A stretch of 64,000 nucleotides of DNA from Sedimentisphaerales bacterium (GCA_963708075.1 OY970194.1:2400001-2464000), one strand, 5' to 3'. Shown: positions 41,631 to 53,569, counted from the stretch's first letter. Notes: a model not told the origin generated them from the sequence alone. A program made the numbers and translations.

Positions 41631-42479
41631 ATGCGATCCAGAGGGTTCACACTCATCGAACTGCTCGTTGTCATTGCCATTATCGCCCTGCTGATGGCCA
41701 TCCTGATGCCCGCCTTGAGCAAGGCCAAGAACCAGGCCCAGGAGATGGCCTGCAAAGGCAATCTCAAGAACTACTGCCTGGCCATAACCATGTACCTCGA
41801 CGATAACGACGGCAGATTCCCCCTGCCGGAGAGCTGCTACTTCTCACAGCCAAGGCCCTATCCCATCGAATCCGGGATGAGTGAGGCCCTTCACCTGCGC
41901 TGGTGCAACGACGATGTCAACCTGAGTAAACACCCGGAATTTGCGGGCCCGTTCTTCCACTACCTGGCCAACGCCAAGGCCTTCATTTGTCCTACGTTCA
42001 AAACCCTGGCCGTCCGTAACTCCCAAGACCAGTTCTTCATGGCCGCCGGCGCAACGGTCAAGCATTACAGACCGTGGTACAACTACACGATGAATGCCTA
42101 TCTTGGCAGCGACAACGCGGGCGTGCAAGTGACCGGTGTGAAAAAGATCTCCCAGGTGAAACAGCCCGCCAATACATTCTCCTTTGTGGAAGAGAGCTCG
42201 CTGGTTGACACCAGCTACAACGCCTCGGGTCTCAACGACACGTTCATGGTCCCGGGGGATGACAACATGGTCAAGGGCTGGCTCAGCAAAGTCGGGGGCA
42301 ATCCCAATCTCATAAGACCCGGTCCCGAGGGCGTCGGACAGTTCTATGACGTGGTCAGCGGCTTCCACAACGCCTCCGCCGCCGACCTGTTCAGCGGCAA
42401 AGGCAACTGCGCGATCTTGGACGGCCACGTCGAAGCCTTCACGCGTGCGGAGACCTTCCCCCACGCCTACCCGCGATAG
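41631..42479 (+). CDS. Prepilin-type N-terminal cleavage/methylation protein (DUF1559 / H-X9-DG type)
   Basis: [27 protein letters not shown]-terminal H...GNCAILDGH. Confidence 0.92.
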   Translation: MRSRGFTLIELLVVIAIIALLMAILMPALSKAKNQAQEMACKGNLKNYCLAITMYLDDNDGRFPLPESCYFSQPRPYPIESGMSEALHLRWCNDDVNLSKHPEFAGPFFHYLANAKAFICPTFKTLAVRNSQDQFFMAAGATVKHYRPWYNYTMNAYLGSDNAGVQVTGVKKISQVKQPANTFSFVEESSLVDTSYNASGLNDTFMVPGDDNMVKGWLSKVGGNPNLIRPGPEGVGQFYDVVSGFHNASAADLFSGKGNCAILDGHVEAFTRAETFPHAYPR

Positions 42480-42497
42480 CGAGCGAAGGACGTGCCG

Positions 42498-45400
42498 TCA
42501 GTTGGCTGCGCCGGGCGAGGCGGTGGCGGCTTTCCAGTTGGCCGGGTCGTTGCCGTAGGTCGCCGGGTCAATCCGGTTCAGGGATGAGCCCTGGCCGTTC
42601 GCCCCGACGGGCCACAGGTCAACGCCACCGAGGAAATCGTCCGGATGCGCACCATCGCTGTAGGTGACACGATCCACGCGAATCCAATACCGCGTCCCAT
42701 CCATATCCTGCCCCCCCGGCCTGCTGAGCTGGACCTTTTCGCTTCCATTGGCCAGATTGCCGTGGCCCCAGGCGAGGATCTTCATCCCCGCCGGGACCGT
42801 GTATTTCGTGCCGAACAGGTTCAGATCTTTCACCAGCAGCAGGTACTCGCCGGGGGCCAACGTCACGGCCGGCTTCGCGGGCAACAACAGCTCGATCCCT
42901 GGATTTTCCGGGTCATTGCTGAATCGCCAGGAGGCCTTCTCTCCTGCATCGTACAGCGTGACAGAGTCGGCACTGATATTGAGAAGTTCCACGTACTCCG
43001 CGTCGGCAGGTATGCCCGGATTGTACATGATCTCATTGATCACGACCGGCCCCACCAACGGATCGGCGTTGGCCCGACCCGGCGTGGGCGCCTCCAAGGC
43101 TACGAAATCGTAGCCGCCCGTGCTCTTATGGTGGCGGCCCAGTGAAACGCCGGGGTCGGAGGCCTCGAATTTCTGCTGTTCGCTGTAGCCGGTCAGGACT
43201 CCTTCGGAGCCCGAATGCAGGTACACGGTTTCCCCGTCACCACTGAGGCGCGAACGGATCTCTGCAGCCCGGATCATCGGGATTGCCGAAGTGCTCATTC
43301 TCACCGAATACCAGATAGCCGCCGGCGGGAATGCTCGTGCCGGCCGCGATCCGATATTTCATCAGATCGTCCGCATCGTCGCTGAGGAACCAACCGCCGA
43401 TATCGATGGCCTGGCCGGTCGTATTGTACAGCTCGATCCAGTCCGGCCCGGCGCCCTGCGAGTTGGCCAGCAGCTCATTGATCACCACGGCTCCAAGCTC
43501 AGCCACCTGGCCTTCATCGCCGAAGCCCGGCGAGCCGCCCGCATGCACGCTGGGCCGCCACGAATCTGCCTCCCCGAGTGCGTTTGGGTCTGCCGTCGGC
43601 GGGTCCCTGAGCGTGAGGGAAAAACCCGGGCCGTCGGTGACATCGAACCAGTCGTCCTCGAAGCGGAAATCGTGAATAGCCGCGCCCGTGGCATCGAGCA
43701 GTTCGAGCCGCTCGCCCGCATTATTCAGACTGCCCGCGTATTCCCCTGCCACGGGCAATCCTGCCCCGTACTTCCCACCGAACGCAACCGTGTCCTTGAC
43801 TACGAGGCAATAGCCGCCGGGAGCCAGAATGTAGCTGGGGAACGTGAAATCGACGCCATTGGCGAACTTCACCAGTTTCAGGTTGATCGTTTCGGCGCCG
43901 ACATTGGTCAGCTCGATGTACTCGGTATTCGGATCGTCGGGACTGCCTGTGTCGAGCGGGTGGTACATGATCTCGCTGATCCGCAGGCTTTGGGCCACCG
44001 GGCCAACCGCATACACCGTCTCGTTCAACGCGCTCCACCGACCATCAAAGGTCCGGGCCTTGATATGCGTGCTCTCGGTCAGTTGCACAGGGTTGCCGAA
44101 CTGGATTGCCGTCGGCGAGACGGCCCCCTGGCTGATCTCTCCCGCCACCAGCTCCACGGAGAGCAGGAAATCGGAGCTGTCAAGGGGCGTGTTGAGACCG
44201 TGGATGGCCAGCAGGTTCGTGCCCTCCCAGAGCAGACTCGCATAATCGGAGATGTCGAAGCTTGCCCACGCCATGGCGGCCTCATCCGCATTGCCACCGG
44301 AGGCGAGGGAGTTCCACTGGGGCTCGCCTGTGAAGTTCAGGCGGGCCACCTCCGCTCCGTTCAGGTAGGCCACGAAACCGTCGTCGCAGCGGACTTTCAA
44401 TATCGTGTTGGAGAACCCCGTCTTGCTCACTGTGAACGGAATGCGGATGTAGCAGCCTCCATTGATCCTGTACATCTGGCTCTGCACGTCGATGCCGATG
44501 TAATCACGGTAGCCTGTGCCCGCCTCGTAGCCGACGCCGCCGGTCCCGGCCGTCCACGAGGAATCATCGAAGAGATTCGCGTACCAGACATTGCCTTCCC
44601 CGACTTGCAGCCCACCGGCACTGACGTCGCCGACGAGGCGGAACTGGTTGGCGTTGAACGAGGTGATGTTGCCTCGCGCCGCGAACAGCTCGAGCTCGGA
44701 GCCGCCGCCCCGCTCGTAGAAGACCAGCCGCAGGTCATGTGACCCTGCCTCGGTGACATTGAAAACGGTCAGCGTATCGCCCGGTCCCCGCGGATCTGGG
44801 TAGGAGCTCGTGTACGTCTTGCCCTTCCTGGTCAGCGTCATCGAGAAGCCGTCATCGCTGTTGACGCCAAAGGTCCATTCGCCTGTCGCCGGGATCATCA
44901 CCTTGCCCGTCACGAGAACCACGAAGTCCTCGACATCGGCATCCAGGGTCGTGCCCGGGAAGGGTCGGTCGTTGTCGAAATTGCCTAGGCTGCCCGTGTT
45001 GAAGTAGTTGATAACCCTGGCCTGCTCCCTGGCCACGGCGGCCTGCTGCGTGGGATTGGCGATGACGCCTTCAGCCGCCGCAATGCTATCGACGGCCACG
45101 GTAGCCTTGTAGTACGTGACCTGGAAACCGGCCGGGATGTTGCTGAGCAGATTGCCGCCGTTGGCCACACTGGGGACCAGGACCCGCTTCGGCGCATTCT
45201 CCGCGAGCAACGTGACGATCTTGCCGTCCGTGGATTGCCACGCAGGCACGCGAGGATCGCTGCCGTCCGTGGTGTAGTACGCGCGTCCCCTGGCAACACT
45301 CATGGTGAGCAGACTGTTGGACGGGACCATCCCGCCCTGCCTCGGTGTACCGTTTATGCTGAATACCGGGACGGGCGTTGTGGGGTAAAGACCCGCATTC

Positions 45401-48400
45401 TTCAACTGGTTCTGCACGATCGCCGGACGCTGCGGCATGTACGTGCCCAGGATGTAATCCCGCATTTTACGCCAGTCGGCGAGTGTGTACGGTGTTGCAC
45501 TGGACTGATCTCCCCACCGCGCCGACTCCGCGATGATCGACAGCTCGACCTGATCCGCCAGTTTCTTGTAGCGCGCGTACGAAGGCCCGAAGGTCGCGGG
45601 CCCGTCGTTGAAGAGATGCTTCTGCGTGTGATCGCCGAAGAGCAGACAGAACTCGGAATTCTGTCGCAGGGCGGCGTAGGGAATCGCGGCGCCATCCCTC
45701 ACATTGGTCACGTTGGCGTTGAGGTCGGACCAGATGACAATCGCCCCCTCCGCATCCCAGTTGAAGAATTTGAAGCCCGTGGAATTCGGGGGCCGGCGGC
45801 AGGCGGCATAATAGTTGTGCCCCGGCCAGTCGCCCGTGCCGCCCCAGAAGTTGGAGAACATGTAGTCGATGTAATTATCGACGTCGAGCAGATCGTCATA
45901 GGCGGGGTTGCGGATCCCGTCCGGGTTGTTGCCCTGGATTCTCTGGTAGGAGGCAGGGTCGGACAATCCCGCCCGGGACCGGCTGAGCATGGCGTTCCAC
46001 GTGGTCAGATTGCCGTCGCCCCTGGCCTCGCCGCGATTGACGGCATCCCACTCTTCCTCGTCCCCTCCGAAATAGGCGGCGCAGAAGGATTCGACCGGTC
46101 GCTCCGTCAAGTTGTACAGGCCCCAGTACAGCCCGTTGAGATACAGGTGCACGAACGTCCCATGGACAGCGACCTGGCCCAGCGACAATTGGGTCCGCCG
46201 CATGAACTCATCGATGATATATTGTGTGTTGGCCCGGCCCCAGTCATTCCAGCCATCGTTGGCCCCGGCTCGCAGAATGATCATGTCGAAGCTGGTGGTC
46301 GCGTCGTCCTCCTCGAACAGCTTGAAATCCAGCTTCGTCGGGCCATAGTCACGTTTGAACAACAAGCGGAACGACTTCTTGCGGGTCAGATTGTATCCAC
46401 GGAACGCACCGCCGTAGATCCGCAGCCCCGCATCGACGTGAAAGCCCGTCGTGCCGTCGGGGTTGATCCACTCGACAGACACAGGGCGTTCCCACTGAGT
46501 GCCCTGGCCCCACGGATCCGCGTGAAGCCCCTGCGCCCGAACAGATTGTCCACGGTGCTCACGACAGACATCGTGGGCAGGGACAGCAGGGCCGGCTTGA
46601 GCTGATTCCGATACTGCGCGTTGTTCACAACATCCGGGTCCATCTCATAGTCGGCGTTGGTGGAGCCCCACAGTGCCGGGAAGCTGAGCGGATTTTTCGG
46701 CTGTTGCAGCACCTTGTCGAGGAAGATGAACGTGTGTGTCTGCACAGGACTTGACATCCAACCCGGCTTGAACGCAGCTACGCGCAAGCAGGTCGTCGTG
46801 CTTATGGTGATCGGGCCCGAGTACGTCAGGCCGCTGATTTCCGTTGGCTTTGTTCCATTCGTCGTGTACCGGATCGCGGCCCCGGGCGTATCACAGAAGA
46901 TGCTCAGCGGGAACGACGCCGAGTAGAAGCCTCGCTCGCGGCTGAGCTCGGGCGTGGCCACAAGATCGACAGCCCCGGAGACATTGGCCTGGCCGGGCGT
47001 CGGCGTGACGAAGTACTGTGGAATCCTGATCTGTCCGGAGGCGCCCAGTTCCGGCGCAGCCAGGAAGACCGAATTGGCTTTGTCATCATTGAGCCCCTGG
47101 ATCGCGAGCACATTGCGGCCATCGCGTAGCAGGCCCTTGTGCCGGGAGAGGTCGAGCACGGCCGGATCACCCATCAGCAGATCGGAACGATCACTGTCGG
47201 CTCTGGAGTCCCAGCGAGGCGTGTCCGTGAAATTCGCCCTTGCCACTTCCGTGCCGTTGAGCCAGGCCACGAAGCCATCCTCGTACCGCATTTGCAGCCG
47301 CAGCGAGTTGAAGAACGCCGTTTCTTCGGCGTCGAACTCCGCACGCACCCACACCGACGCGTTCACGCCGAGCATCCTGTCCCTCAACAGGTTGTTCGTC
47401 TGGCTCCCGAAGGTCACATTGTTGAACGCCGCGACGGTGGTCGTGCCCGTGGCGTGGGAGGTCACGCACATGCCCATGTAGGCATCCTGACCCATGGCAA
47501 TCACCTCGGTGCCCTGCTGCACCCAGTTGATCCCGTTCGGGGAACAGTAGCCGCTGAAGACGTTGCCTCGCCGAGTGATCCGGACCCAATAGGGAGGTTT
47601 GAAGGCATTGCCCTGCGCCGCGGTGGTGGCGCCGCCCACGGCCGTGCGCCGCAGGAAGGCCGTGCCGCTTCGCGGGGAGACAACCTGGGTGGCATGCCGG
47701 GAGTTCGCAGCGAGCGTCTCGCGGATCATAACCCCGGCCTTGGCCCAAGCGTCTGTATCGATCACGGCCATGACGAGCGCCGTCAACTCACCGTCGCCCC
47801 GGACGGGCATATAAAGGTAATAGAACGAATCCGCGGAACCGCCGATGTCCGCACCGTCGCCAAAGACCATGAATGTCGTCGCAGTGGGCAAGTTGTGACC
47901 ACCGGGGATGGCGACATTGCCGATATCCCGGCCCACCAACTGCGAGGTCTGCGAGAAACCCAGGCTGGCGGTCGCTGTGGGCCAGCCGTCGTCGTTGAAG
48001 CCCACGGCCGTCCAATCCCGTTCCGCATCCTCGGGAAGCGGGACATGGTAGGCCACTGTCGAGCCGGAGCTGATGAACTGCGCGGCCGACTGGCCCAGAC
48101 CGTACGAGACATCCGTCAGTTGCTCAGGGTAGCCCGGATCGTACTCGTCCGCCACGGTGCGGCCGTCGCTCTTCACCAGGGCCAGGTAGCCCCCCGCGGC
48201 GGCCAGTTGGAAATTCGTGTGCAGCTCCCCTGCCGTCCGGTCTTTGCCGGAGGCAAATACGATCAGATAGCCATTCGGATTCAGTTTCGTCCCGCTGGGA
48301 AATTGCCACTTGGTCAGGTTGCCGCTGTTATCCGTCAGGTACCACCCGCTGAGATCGAAGATTCGGTCGGTCGGATTGTACAGCTCGATCCAGTCGGACG

Positions 48401-48744
48401 AGTCCCCGTCGGCATCAAGGAGTTCCCCTCCCACGAGCGGCAGGCGGCTGCCGTTGCTGGCCAGGAATTCGTTGATGACCGGGGTCTCGTCGTTGGTGCG
48501 CCAGTTCCGTCCCAGCCGCGAGAAATCGGCCAGAGTCACCTCGCCGTCGCCATCCAGGTCCGCCGGGCACCCCAGGGTCTCCGCATTCGGCATCCAGCCA
48601 GCTATCGGCGAGGATTCGCAGGTCGACAAAATCGACCTTGCGGTCGGTGTTGAGGTCCCCCACCGGGTAAACGGCCGCCCCCGCTGTAAGAGTCCCTAAG
48701 ATGCTCAACAATACGACCAGGCGCCTGTCTCTCATGCGGAACAT
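42498..48744 (-). CDS. Giant (~2080 aa) secreted CotH kinase with dockerin-like, lamin-tail and PA14-like domains; three frameshifts (about 48572, 46536 and 43250)
   Basis: ORFs 48415..48744, 46386..48629, 43237..46482 and 42498..43304 join with single-base fixes. GDLN.D.KVD and ADLDGDG motifs, LTD motifs, CotH YLNGLYWGLY..TE and GDWPGHNYY..WDAE, PA14-like SDDG..YERGGG. Confidence 0.82.
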
Positions 48745-48829
48745 CTCCTCCGGTACACTTCGTTGCCACGACAGCGGCTACTGACTATATCGGTCGAATA
48801 GTGCTGTAAGTCCTGAGATCCATGCGTCC

Positions 48830-48859
48830 ATTATATCATTTTGCACGCATCGCCGTCAA
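48830..48859 (-). promoter_or_regulatory. sigma70-like promoter of the second CotH gene
   Basis: Minus strand TTGACG-N18-TATAAT with an extended TG. Confidence 0.6.
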
Positions 48860-48964
48860 AACGTTATCGGCCCACGTGCCATACATTGCTCATCGACTGC
48901 ATGTCATCTGCCGATAAAGAGGTAGAACCGTAAATGCAAGCAGTGAATCACGCAGGAGCATGGC

Positions 48965-50371
48965 ATGCAGGCAAGACTCAGGTTCCTCGGGGCCGCTCAG
49001 AATGTCACGGGGTCACGGCATTTGCTGGAGATCGATGATACGAGGATCCTGGTCGATTGCGGCCTGTACCAGGAGCGGCAGTTCGCATCGCGCAACTGGG
49101 ACCCGTTCGACGTGCCGCCGGCGAGCATCGACGCCGTGCTATTGACCCATGCACACCTGGACCACTCCGGCCTGCTGCCCAAGCTGGTGAGGGAAGGCTT
49201 CAAGGGACGCATCTATTGCACGCCGGCGACGGCGGAAATCGCACGCATCATCCTGCTCGACGCGGCGAATATTCAGGAAGAAGACGCGGCCTACAAACGC
49301 AAGAGGCACAAGAAGGAGGGACGCCAAGGTCCCTTTGGCGATGTGCCCCTGTACACTGTCGAGGATGCGCAGCGTTGCACGCCGCTGTTTGAAGGCGTGC
49401 CCTACGGGGAGCAAGTGGAAATCGCTCCGGGCGTGCAGGCGATGTTCTCCGATGCCGGTCACGTGCTCGGTTCCTCGTTCATTCATGTCGCTGCCCATCG
49501 CGATGGCGACACCAAACACGTGCTGTTCTCGGGCGACGTGGGCCGGGCGAATCGGCCCTTCCTGAACGATCCGGATGCCGCCGGAGACGGTGATTACGTG
49601 CTCGTCGAATCCACGTATGGGGACCGCGTGCACGGCGGGCCGGAGGATATCAAGGCCGCCATCGCCGAGGTCGTCAACGCGACCAGGGCCGCCGGGGGAA
49701 ATATCATCGTGCCGAGCTTCGCCCTGGAACGATCCCAGGAACTGCTCTACTACATCGATGAGCTGCTAATTCGGGACGCCATCCCACAGATCATGGTCTT
49801 TCTCGATAGTCCGATGGCGGGCGCGATCACGAGAGTGTTCCAGCGACATCCGGAGTTGTTCGACAGCCAGATGCATCAATTCATCAAGAAGAATGGCTCG
49901 CCGCTCAGCTTCCCGGGACTCAAGATTACCGAGACCACGAAGGAATCGAAGGCAATCAATCACATCAAGGGCACGATCATCGTCATCGCCGGCTCCGGCA
50001 TGTGCACCGCCGGCAGAGTCAAGCACCATCTGGTCAACAACATCTCCCGCCCGGAGAGCACCATCATGTTCGTCGGTTACCAGGCCACCGGCACGCTCGG
50101 CAGACGCATCGTTGACCGCGACCCCGAGGTCCGCATCCTCGGCCAGAATTATCCGGTCAAGGCCCGCATCGTCCAGATCCAGGGGTTTTCCGCTCACGCC
50201 GACAAGGAAGAGTTGCTGCAATGGTTGAAGTCGCTGAGTAAGCCGCCGCACAAACTCTTCATCGTGCATGGTGAAGTCACAAGCGCCATGCATTTCGGCC
50301 AGTTCATCCGCGAAAGAACCGGCTGGGAGGTCGCCGTACCCGCCTACCGGGAAGAGGCGATCCTGAACTGA
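48965..50371 (+). CDS. MBL-fold beta-CASP RNA-metabolising metallo-hydrolase
   Basis: THAHLDHSG, AGHVLGS, SGD, ESTYGDR and FSAHAD motifs. Confidence 0.93.
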   Translation: MQARLRFLGAAQNVTGSRHLLEIDDTRILVDCGLYQERQFASRNWDPFDVPPASIDAVLLTHAHLDHSGLLPKLVREGFKGRIYCTPATAEIARIILLDAANIQEEDAAYKRKRHKKEGRQGPFGDVPLYTVEDAQRCTPLFEGVPYGEQVEIAPGVQAMFSDAGHVLGSSFIHVAAHRDGDTKHVLFSGDVGRANRPFLNDPDAAGDGDYVLVESTYGDRVHGGPEDIKAAIAEVVNATRAAGGNIIVPSFALERSQELLYYIDELLIRDAIPQIMVFLDSPMAGAITRVFQRHPELFDSQMHQFIKKNGSPLSFPGLKITETTKESKAINHIKGTIIVIAGSGMCTAGRVKHHLVNNISRPESTIMFVGYQATGTLGRRIVDRDPEVRILGQNYPVKARIVQIQGFSAHADKEELLQWLKSLSKPPHKLFIVHGEVTSAMHFGQFIRERTGWEVAVPAYREEAILN

Positions 50372-50716
50372 CCACGCCGCTCGGGCCAATCACTTCTGCA
50401 TTCATGTGAATAGCCGCAGGCCAGGGCTATCGCATCTAAATTGGCCAGCCGCGATTCCTTGTTCAGAAACGCAGGTTGGTTCAGGTGATTGACGACCGCA
50501 ATGTCAGGTTGGCCACCATCCGATCAGCGTTTTCGGGGCCAAGAGGGCCAGCTCGAATTTAGATGCGATAGCCCTGAGCCGCAGGCTTAGGCTCCTTGAA
50601 TGTACCGCATATCGGTGGTAGCATGGACTATTGATTGTTCGAACCATGTTTTGGATATGCGGGACCGACAGGAACGGGACGAACACGGCCCGCCGGATGA
50701 AATGAGGTGAGCGTCT

Positions 50717-52111
50717 ATGAGCGATAGGAAGACCGGGAACATCACTCGCAGGGATTTGCTGGGCGGGGCTGCGGCGGCAGCGGCTTTCACTGTGGTGCCG
50801 AGCCACGTACTTGGCGGCGCCGGCAATGCGGCGCCGAGCGAGAAGGTCAACGTGGCGATCATCGGCACGGGCGGCCAGGGCACCGTGAACATGAAACAGC
50901 TCTTCAACGAGCCCGACGTGCGCATCGCCGCCCTGTGCGACATTAACGAGGTCAGCGACTACAGCATGTTCTACTACGGCGGCACAGCCGGCCTCAACCC
51001 CGCCATGGAGCTGGTCCAGCAGAAGTACGGCCAGCCTTGCGCCACCTACCACGACTACAACGAGATGCTCGACAAGGAGGATATTGACGCCGTCCTTGTC
51101 GCCACGCCGGACCACTCGCACGCCGTGGTCTCGCTGGCTGTCCTCGCCAAGAAGAAGCACCTGTACTGCGAGAAGCCCCTGTGCCGCACGGTCTATGAAA
51201 CCCGTATCGTCACCGAGGCAGCCCGCAAGGCCGGCGTCGCAACGCAGCTTGGCAACTTCGGACACTCCAGCGAGGATATCCGCCTTACCTGTGAATGGAT
51301 CTGGGATGGCGCGATTGGCGACGTCCGCGAGGTCCATGCCTGGACGAACACGGGCGCTCGCCGCTGGAGCGATCTCACAGACCGGCCGAAGGACACGCCG
51401 CCGGTGCCCGCCGGTTTCGACTGGCAACGATGGCTCGACCCCGTTCCGCCCCGACCCTACCACCCCGATTACGCCCCGGTCCGCTGGCGCGCCTGGTGGC
51501 AGTTCGGCTCGGGCACGATCGGCGACTTCGCCTGCCATCACCTGGACCCGGCCTTCTGGGCCTTGAAGCTGGACCAGGTGGATCGCTTCCAGGTCGAGGC
51601 CAGCTCCTACGGCACGACCGAGGAGGTCTGCCCCGCCGCGTCGCTCATCTACTTCGACGTCCCCGCCCGCGCGGGCATGGCGCCGGTCCGCATCACGTGG
51701 TATGAAGGCGGAGTGATGCCGCCGCGACCGGCCGAGTTGGAGGAAGGCAGGAGCGTCGAGGACAACGGCATTCTCTTCATCGGCACCAAGGGCAGCATTC
51801 TCGGCGAGGGCTGGGGACGCTCACCGCGCATCATCCCGGAGGCGAAGATGCGAGCCTACAAGAGGCCACAGAAGACCCTGCCCCGCGTCGCCGGCCACCA
51901 TCGCAACTGGCTCGACGCCTGCAAAGGCAAAGGCCGGCCGAGCACACATTTCGACTACTCCGGCCCGCTCACGGAATTCGTCCTGATGGGCAATGTCGGC
52001 CTCCGTGCCGGCAAGAAGCTCGACTTCGACTGGAAGAAGATGATAGTGACCAACGTCCCCGAGGCCAACAAGTTCATCAAGCCGGTCTACCGCGAAGGCC
52101 GGACGCTGTAG
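50717..52111 (+). CDS. Tat-exported Gfo/Idh/MocA oxidoreductase
   Basis: TRRDLL Tat motif, IIGTGGQG, ATPDH.H, YCEKP and G.IGD..CH. Confidence 0.92.
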   Translation: MSDRKTGNITRRDLLGGAAAAAAFTVVPSHVLGGAGNAAPSEKVNVAIIGTGGQGTVNMKQLFNEPDVRIAALCDINEVSDYSMFYYGGTAGLNPAMELVQQKYGQPCATYHDYNEMLDKEDIDAVLVATPDHSHAVVSLAVLAKKKHLYCEKPLCRTVYETRIVTEAARKAGVATQLGNFGHSSEDIRLTCEWIWDGAIGDVREVHAWTNTGARRWSDLTDRPKDTPPVPAGFDWQRWLDPVPPRPYHPDYAPVRWRAWWQFGSGTIGDFACHHLDPAFWALKLDQVDRFQVEASSYGTTEEVCPAASLIYFDVPARAGMAPVRITWYEGGVMPPRPAELEEGRSVEDNGILFIGTKGSILGEGWGRSPRIIPEAKMRAYKRPQKTLPRVAGHHRNWLDACKGKGRPSTHFDYSGPLTEFVLMGNVGLRAGKKLDFDWKKMIVTNVPEANKFIKPVYREGRTL

Positions 52112-52120
52112 AGAGAAGCA

Positions 52121-52190
52121 TTGGTCCTATTGGTCCTATGCGTCCTATAGGTCCTATGTGGACGTCGTGGACGTATAGGACCTATAGGAT
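52121..52190. repeat. 9-bp tandem repeats arranged as an inverted hairpin between convergent genes
   Basis: TTGGTCCTA TTGGTCCTA TGCGTCCTA TAGGTCCTA, then the inverted ATAGGACCT ATAGGAT. Confidence 0.8.
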
Positions 52191-52204
52191 TGCAGGCGAT
52201 CCTC

Positions 52205-53569
52205 TCAGTCTTCCGGCAGCGGCTTGCCTTTGGTTTCGGGCGCCCAAATCAGGGCGAACAGTCCCAACGCGAAGATGAACGACAGCATGGTCGCGGCCTT
52301 GCGGAATGGCTCGTTGACGTTGTGCTGCAGCAGTTGACCGTTCAGGAACATGAGCATCGGCGGGAACCCGGCGGCCAGATAGCGCACCGTGTTGTAGCAG
52401 AACCCCACGCCTGTGCCCCGTAGCCGTGTCGGGAAGATCTCCGGGAAGTAGATCGAATAGCCGCCGAACACCGACAGATGGGCAAAGCCCAACATGGGCA
52501 GCATCCAGTAGGCATCGGTGGCGGATTTCAGGCTATTGAAGACGAAGATGGTCACGACCAGGCAGAGAGTGAAGGCGCCACCAAAGGCCAGACGCCGCCC
52601 CACACACGTCGCCACAATGGTAAAGGTCATCATCCCCAGGAAGGACCCTACATCCTGCAGAGCCGTGCCGTAGCCGCGAACGACATCGATAACATTCTGC
52701 GGCTCTCCTTTGAGGGCAGTGGAGATCAGCTCCGGTGTGAAGAAGCCGATGCCCCACAGCCCCGCCATGCCGGCCAGTCCCAGACACACCCCGACGAAAA
52801 GGTTCCGCCGCCAGACCGGGTGGCGCAACAGGTCGGGGATCGAGCCGAAGCGTTTATCTTTATCCAAGCCTTGGGCGGCCCTGCGCTTGGCCTCCTTCCA
52901 ACGCTCAGGCTCGCGCAGAACGAAAATCATGGGCACAACGAGCAGGGCCGGAAGAATTCCGACGAAGAACATGATCCGCCAGCCGGACATGCCATGCCAG
53001 AAGTCCGCCTGGCCCGGCCGAATCTGCGTGCTCAGCAGCGAGCCGACGATATTGCCGCAGGCCGACAGCGCCTGGAGCGAGCCCAAGGCAATCGCGCGAA
53101 ACCGGCTGGGAACGCTCTCCGCCACGAGCGTGGTGGCTGCTCCAAACATGCCTCCGACGCCCAAGCCGACGAGAAAGCGGTAAATCAGGAACTCGTAACC
53201 GGAGTGGGCCATACCCGACAAGCCCGTGAACCCGGAATAGATCAGCAGCGTTACGACCATCGTTTTAACACGGCCCCATCGATCGCTCATCATTCCGAAG
53301 ATGATGCCGCCGGTGGCCCAGGCGATCATCATCACCGCGGTGGCCCAGCCGCTCCAATCCTTCACCACGGCATCGGTGGCTCCGACGCCGAGCACCTCCC
53401 GCAGGGCCGGCTCACGGGACAGGATGAAGATCCGCTGGTCCATGCAATCGAACAGCCAACCGCACGAGGCGATGATCACGACCAGCCAGTGGTAGGCGTT
53501 GAGTTCCGTCCACCAGGGTCTTGCGGCGGCGATTTGGCCCATCGGAATGGATTCGGCGGATTCAGCCAT
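52205..53569 (-). CDS. MFS transporter
   Basis: About 12 TM helices; G.MSDRWGR, RFLVGLGVGG, ESVP and PEIFPTRLRGTG motifs. Confidence 0.93.
   Translation of the reverse strand: MAESAESIPMGQIAAARPWWTELNAYHWLVVIIASCGWLFDCMDQRIFILSREPALREVLGVGATDAVVKDWSGWATAVMMIAWATGGIIFGMMSDRWGRVKTMVVTLLIYSGFTGLSGMAHSGYEFLIYRFLVGLGVGGMFGAATTLVAESVPSRFRAIALGSLQALSACGNIVGSLLSTQIRPGQADFWHGMSGWRIMFFVGILPALLVVPMIFVLREPERWKEAKRRAAQGLDKDKRFGSIPDLLRHPVWRRNLFVGVCLGLAGMAGLWGIGFFTPELISTALKGEPQNVIDVVRGYGTALQDVGSFLGMMTFTIVATCVGRRLAFGGAFTLCLVVTIFVFNSLKSATDAYWMLPMLGFAHLSVFGGYSIYFPEIFPTRLRGTGVGFCYNTVRYLAAGFPPMLMFLNGQLLQHNVNEPFRKAATMLSFIFALGLFALIWAPETKGKPLPED

Noticed and set aside
3751..44100. Paralogous CotH C-termini as a possible DGR template/variable repeat pair
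   Set aside because: There is no reverse transcriptase in the window, the differences are not adenine-restricted, and both copies are coding.
52121..52190. CRISPR-like array
   Set aside because: The units are 9 bp with no spacers, and there are no cas genes.
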